Source: a virus (lineage: Duplodnaviria; Caudoviricetes). From it: DNA of 52,142 nucleotides. How positions within the stretch are numbered: the stretch's first letter is position 1; every line of letters begins with the position of its first letter. Shown here one piece after another: positions 50,301 through 52,142 of the stretch. The position numbers and the translations under genes are program-made. The notes beneath the pieces were generated by a model, which saw only the letters and a program-made list of their open reading frames with translations, was not told the origin of the DNA and did no database searches. The stretch covers positions 1 to 52,142 of IMG/VR virus record IMGVR_UViG_3300000525_000005. One strand, given 5' to 3'.

Positions 50301-51107
50301 TCACTACTTCTTTCACTACATGGTGTACCACCAGCACAACAAATGAAGGATATGATTAGTGTATGGCGTAATGGTGGTAACTATAGAAAACTTGCCAGTA
50401 GAATTACAGAGATAGATACTGAACTATCAATTAATCAGTCTAGACCTAAAGAGGTTAGTAGATTGAATAGAGAGAAGAATATCGCTCTAAAAGAGATGGA
50501 ACAAAATCCTATGCACACGTTTATGGAAGCGGGATTGATGTCTACTATTGTAGAGGACATTGGAGTTAATACTGAGGATACTGGTTTCAAGTCTGATCTA
50601 GATAAGAAGATAGAGGAACTAGAAGGATACGTACCTGAGCAAGTAAGAACAGCATTTGAATGGGTTGTTATGAGTCCTGGTACTCCATTACATGATTTTA
50701 TGAAGCACTCTACACAGTTCTCTGATTTAGCTGCTAAGTACTCATTGGCTAATCATGTAATGAAAGATGGTACTTCAATGAAAGATGCTATTACTTTAGC
50801 TCAGGATAACTTCATTAATTATGACGTACCTACAGGTAAAGGTATTGACTACATGAATAGAATGGGTTTATTCATGTTTACTAAATTCTTTATTAGATTC
50901 CAACAAGTTCTTATGAATAGGTTAGATCAGAAGGCTGGTAGTACGATTGCACAGCATGTAGGTATGGAATACTTCACAGGATTATCAGGTGTCTTAGACC
51001 CATTAGCAATTACTAGATTGGGTAATAGTCCGTTAGAAGCAGGAATATTTAATTATGGTAATGCATTTGGGAATATATCTACTATTGATTTTATAACAGG
51101 TACGTAA
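38334..51107 (+). CDS. Virion-encapsidated RNA polymerase with SLT, peptidase M15-like and zincin domains (start may be ATG 38343)
   Basis: 4257 aa with no Cys seen; motif A GSDGVNNG, motif B RKFMK....FGYSAG, motif C NIHDQ; C-terminal QFSDL.AKY, FINYD..,GL.MF.KF.IR.Q typical of N4-like vRNAP. Confidence 0.92.
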   Translation: MSPMATNNSVTDILAQARINAPATVREAQNSAKNRLAQISGVDTTAAPQSSFPNYDEYEAITAQAQSEAVMQGMPLARRQDEKQKDLLSAVAGGGVGVANTVATGGALIGSGWRNIGEAFAGKQATPADEWINNTTNALGINQAQDYWNDQESSITKGKRAQLSSIMENPNIGEIERAKQTGQYYLDNPDMLGLDTAKVVPQSLMEMYIGGKFIKGSRHLNKLGAGTKAGINAGGSISLNTVNQIARNEDVELTPRNLAVAGGIGFAGGAVTKLMAGGKGFDVDGLFTGGSNNIAAASAPRAIASGFAKEFLEEATQEGPIEGGGMNYIEGNPLMQGVGGKAAQGGALGATSSFGLGLGPNILNNVASDAQLAQQRRVEQDQAVNGKPDENADVESPKYNPSRSYKQAIRDQGSNDPEVRKAALDSMKDISYKADKKMFELDEAIRAEVDPTVKADLIAQKDAFENEKLTPLKAEIKNYMNYVQKNQKELLTKIGLEIGQVQARRTALTEAASAEIEVPETSTASMNNGTPTAATAPATAPTVSPNKGKYSDLIDGKAKQYGVAPTLINAMVQAESAFDPNAKSPVGASGLMQLMPDTAEELGVHDSTNPEQNIDGGVRYIKQLQDKYKGNITHALMAYNWGMGNVDQYIADRAAGKKPRMPEETRNYVNKIKANVRSMQTNKTSSSSPSTARDPKNYLKYSNSGASRNEKLDSKLEKALGFLQDMGVTYDINSGGQSATSRGKVGSTAHNDGHAGDGVLIYKGRELHWNNKEDLPILEKIVEEAAANGINAIGAGYMGKRGKIHFGIQKNGGAWGGGGTTDSPGFKWVTDAQERGKNRKPTTPMDTTAEVQEEEDVWEDVVIEDIEELNVEESPELTANTKEMEDVKERGKAVIRNSFSTLTNDEIDNHPLMSTEQKEALRVLSGIKTEMANLRDTNKVTKDIMEGDQKSKSGDPQTRHLGVKQYNEILTQAVAVNDVETVNKYMGFLNRFAENHESKSELIQRLIPKSSRANPIKIAPNEDGLWVDATKFTDAEYKAARGTEVRGSNKMTTAIAKESEVLSNLRDAWETSTTTMMEGVTPSVAKTPTKVKTPNVPVNQTPTPTAPVSSTKYSPVDNSQATPEGGFYLGRVKDAEGITSSMSIINPNKDGSADNIGKPGWLGDQNKNKPVSTYITDFKEYASKYEKFVPQLIEDLSKDLYGYVKPANNSETNFLADMSEMIEGKSKEEVSELVKRIQSYTKKGGIKLETAITEKGGLTNKMLGFDKVNEFGLNTTTDETLSENKAQIDNMLADNPNTDFPSTGLGANIQASAPKTFQYLNEKLKSELGVNNAELIKNATTEPIESKKRSSIKAGKKAGKASAPIKPTKTPNEKSNKSATGDKEYTNQYTHTEKSTDEVWEILINRNSETNEIEDVSLVQGTEPVESFTTPSKTMSDEAVIKWLQQGPEKVTGIYTQTNYNLESVVEPEMKTEYVGKTLLPTDVVSKVNKLVDVMSNFINDLDMKNITTKDKALYTSIINTLNNFNPNLKLKISKQGENSYDVKTNTITVNPSNGEHILKGIARLSIESSTSNVVNALEGTGTDNLSYKGSELVKLNKDITYIKQIINRNGLLGTDEKLDINLRKRLLNALSSNSNLLSAATTDTEIMEYLQSISYNLENNKAKSSVFKKIVDSLRSFFKIGNNNEIATMYDKLLEITARAAQVQAMNKEVSFNNTEEGKASIFQNMLEANSDEEMAKSYYSRNNLLAKFKQVTSKGKPLSGVANLASKLKLDLMQGINTLANLSPSRAQREQMEDFLKFRDELAIHLMDTFVQKKITYNDDGSVKNDFSSQDLKSHLMDAEGNIDENTLTAAALAAYDWSSEYGNKTINLDKDIRKLLNLDPESKDSIPSHIRDQYIDGVMIKNTQSSSLGNKTLQLLNIQSNLKGSIEVESELANSIGEWIVNSMQSADLIHMRTMSSDTHIQNITDVGGELVSNSGNDSKDINDSNGLITFISTVDKDSKNRNPRLQEIVDASRGTLNYMQSIFGSEIGLVSPLMKKPEETKKSIRGTSKNISDMQAADMAVMQDEPMRVNDDSYDALMLVMEKFRGDALVMMEAEVTDEQLAAEHVSDRHSVQSAAEGQFREIENMMDFVGTLGKDSTGNREEFFDSVYGAKNNRMHYGSNMVNFQLSKIHRSVVEYGNFKSEIDISQWNESTPNWFNEDGTTSDLGLMLRGIMEQAEGTENLIREALKGTAFSQGFTVDKLPSEVALDPFFDYLNSDPQVLKAIDAMDILMNNPNKFNQLDMDSITELVSFWEGGAGSFRVLSELTKLMKASKKGDTKITTSIGVGSDGVNNGIAISTIQMGVAKARFLAQVGIITTAEEYSQVKGYFDTRKIKDLGDYYEGLKTILLPYLESQTGVAKSMIDLNTSIKERKFMKAILIPFGYSAGNKRLEQIAFSQVLEDIKGSFKKLAAMDETSQKAIDLKLQLESDLSNVIGSKVNLPQGKAVLEYWFDNKQIKAMKEVHSSGISEAILESIEEYAGTFILERNRNVKMQGANSEAYLVIKREAEYKAKEAYVESLKESDLYKDMPDKQVRAIVEAEGMPAAYYMENAESVLAKIRPSVRTPFNNLTEDSDSDFNMMRDKKTLKGNPNSSTAGKRVSDGNLESSTVASSIMRMIEESVGITVSSAQVQGVDAFIAAWASARGGKVNRNIHDQGDSGVSNYMTMGQAQNQATFEALKIYHVQAESYSSLKRTLKSMTELLENEEISRATYEEGIKKMVEGLIGNKGLETAISEARDGGIVSDSSTMSQVFTAVYLPIFSDFNQSVKDAEYNKLDTLKTMRVVQQYAGENAEYLVTDADRASVDLEYAKVDSKIQNMKDTIYEVGTSLSKVYEDTDSSINTEEDTQPKVHEIESLLAQFVSKSNKTGDPISDVESSLFRYVIDAMKSVNPDLKVTISKEEGIKSNGYYKPTTNEIVLLESMMMRSTPREAAAVLVHEVVHAITTNKMLYSMDPEVRAAFNELQLMHTELAAKAPKRMTEKGGTLENVFEMIAYGMTEAKHMKWIVANLNGKDYAMSNTVSERATNLERFMGAVKTFLFGDKQRKSKKYLKGVANFSRMQQLMDITIKGLTEQELKASKAGLKANQYSNAQQSPLENLKSLSEGNVSSEHVEHLNGILDSTISDRINRSPEDETMVQGIIDNISQRAIAAGFRLSDKELYTMEIVKAITNSYLEKNSGSKSAQELREVFKNVTKQLTRESFLSDSSTATASDIAIAQRKLNYVMAQDAKNYKEQVERFTALAATSEEFRTLVDSLSSERKSDRQGTWFDKLMAALENMFRFTTGKVLGTNGPNSQQVDQLMNHLSKINERALSNNMSKIDTMYTESLKVITTPLNWTTNKLIDGIFQAVDMSTSVLPANSGLAAATRAMTKARKTGINEIGEQLIRNNAAMGPNSNTSGRQSGWGEFLNELVRTKGMKATVEELIRMTNKVGQTRDTVKKNTVRALMKVFSNNGEDLTVAENNSLTQVILRTDIGSLLGKGYQVARVMKLIRNPQERALEVSKLETQILGFSNGNDMILQTKSLALYMAKEESSEHLVKNAENIAIGKDSWYETDMSNMNTDIRDAVDSLASLYAIDYADQTHRTTLIDLMSREEEGVKAILQTHKDIAIEAKKGFSENPYSYIKGYSPQLTNPLKSLVFSETKKEIDELKLKGWVEVSDSRLKQDRSDNTDARSLMFHDDMLYQDYVSGALDMKDTHAKGTTVYNLSSLNDLNRVQRVKMQARRSRVNSTDYMSFDPRKETKSNLIAAYNSEGVVMSYGYEMGGNLRDTYLERNNNGFEMLGTMQSDAKFKPTIAESQREVARALHTDFGKSYGTDPRQYVTLDPNSKDPNVQTMWKMMPYAFKEEATKLFGKDNPIVVRSNVYNAVFGFKAYSISDMFDAVKTDNSNTAEKLAVTVAKAVMGEKAQTKVLQAERLYQKGIDKMKSFIVIRNHAVLMGNIIANSLLLSLHGVPPAQQMKDMISVWRNGGNYRKLASRITEIDTELSINQSRPKEVSRLNREKNIALKEMEQNPMHTFMEAGLMSTIVEDIGVNTEDTGFKSDLDKKIEELEGYVPEQVRTAFEWVVMSPGTPLHDFMKHSTQFSDLAAKYSLANHVMKDGTSMKDAITLAQDNFINYDVPTGKGIDYMNRMGLFMFTKFFIRFQQVLMNRLDQKAGSTIAQHVGMEYFTGLSGVLDPLAITRLGNSPLEAGIFNYGNAFGNISTIDFITGT

Positions 51108-51176
51108 AAGTAATATTACTACTTAAGGCATGTAGAAGGTTACTATATGTCTTTCGTGGTTTATAAGGGGTTTATA

Positions 51177-51506
51177 ATGTATGAAACCATAACTATTAAA
51201 CAATATGACAGTCTTAGTATTTTATGTAGATACACAGAAGATGACGGTACTGTAACTAATTTAACAGGTACTAAAGTTGAAGTTGATGTTAAGACACTAA
51301 GCGGGATACTTATAAGTAACCTAATTGTAGATGCTAGTGATATTGGTTTAGGTGAATTTACTATTTCTTCTGACTTAGTATCTATTTACCCGGGTAAGTA
51401 CTTAATAGATATCTTATTTACAGATTTATTAAGTGAGGATAGGGTAGCTAGTGAGACTTTCCAATTACTTGTTAATCCGTCAATAACAATTCCCAGAGGG
51501 ATTTAA
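51177..51506 (+). CDS. BppU-N-like tail fibre adaptor
   Basis: NLTG..VE..VK, G.F.I, PGKY..DI.F, SETF.L.V..SIT; start revised to ATG 51177. Confidence 0.6.
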   Translation: MYETITIKQYDSLSILCRYTEDDGTVTNLTGTKVEVDVKTLSGILISNLIVDASDIGLGEFTISSDLVSIYPGKYLIDILFTDLLSEDRVASETFQLLVNPSITIPRGI

Positions 51507-51510
51507 TCAT

Positions 51511-52142
51511 ATGGCTAAGTTAGAATTAATTACCAAGAGTAAGACTGAGATAATAGAGGTAGCTAAGTCTCCCAGAGGGTTTGCAGGACTGACAGGAGAA
51601 ATTAACTCAGTATCTGTAGAAACTGGTCTAGTAGGTAGTGAAGCTTCTGTAGTGTTGTCAGGAGAGACTACCAATAGAGATATATCTTTCACTATTCCTA
51701 GAGGTAGTAGAGGCTACTCTGGTACTATTGAATCTATGTCAGTTGCAACAGGTAATGCGTATACAGAGGCAGCTTTAATTCTTGGGGGTACTCCTGAAAA
51801 TAGAATTATTGACTTAACAATACCTCGTGGAGACAAAGGAAACACAGGCACTATTAACAGTATAACTGCAACTACAGGTATTGAAGGTAGTTTAGTTAAA
51901 TCAACAGTATCTGGTGATCCTACTAATAGAGATATTGCTCTGATTATCCCAAGGGGGGATAAAGGGGCAACTGGTACCATTAACAGTATCACTGCTATTA
52001 CTGGCTTACCTTATACAGCAGCAAGTGCTGTGGCTACGGGGGATGCATCCAATAGAGATATATCCATTACTGTTCCTCGTGGTGATAAGGGTGAAACAGG
52101 AACGATTAAGAGTGTTAGTGCTACGACAGGTTTAGTAGGTAG
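51511..52142 (+). CDS. Tail fibre with 42-aa collagen-interrupted repeats (truncated, not in ORF track)
   Basis: Open frame MAKLELITK... to the window end; PRGxxGxxG every 126 nt (51571, 51697, 51823, 51949, 52075). Confidence 0.85.
   Translation, partial: MAKLELITKSKTEIIEVAKSPRGFAGLTGEINSVSVETGLVGSEASVVLSGETTNRDISFTIPRGSRGYSGTIESMSVATGNAYTEAALILGGTPENRIIDLTIPRGDKGNTGTINSITATTGIEGSLVKSTVSGDPTNRDIALIIPRGDKGATGTINSITAITGLPYTAASAVATGDASNRDISITVPRGDKGETGTIKSVSATTGLVG

Noticed and set aside
23688-51992. Minus-strand ORFs inside late genes (e.g. 23688, 28282, 35396, 39830, 51507, 51714) and plus-strand ORFs inside early genes
   Set aside because: Antisense shadows of well-supported genes, without RBS or motifs

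Overview
Most of an AT-rich N4-like (Schitoviridae) phage genome, assembled across the early/late junction at ~22.5 kb. Minus strand (22.4 kb to 1.9 kb) carries the early and middle genes: hairpin promoters for the virion RNA polymerase, a Drc/gp2-like cofactor, RNAP II subunits 1 and 2, a MoxR-like AAA ATPase plus vWA/metallopeptidase pair surrounded by small ORFs, a Dda-like helicase, a family A DNA polymerase and a Nudix hydrolase. Plus strand from 22.7 kb carries the late genes: terminase subunits, adaptor, portal, scaffold-like protein, major capsid, structural and ejection proteins, a 4257-aa virion RNA polymerase and a truncated tail fibre. A lysis cassette occupies 235-1859. Features not in the ORF track: two group I introns with resolvable splice sites, one in DNA polymerase motif A and one in the ATPase Walker B motif; a DNA polymerase further split into two genes around a 1.8-kb insert with a degenerate HNH gene and three tandem DpnD/PcfM-like ORFs; an Ala-initiated class 3-like intein in TerL; covarying C(GTCA)G hairpin promoters with a fourth, inverted, long-stem copy at 8.6 kb; and seven small proteins, six of them flanking the AAA/vWA genes, that share a C-terminal motif. 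All family assignments come from motif recognition by eye; no searches were run.
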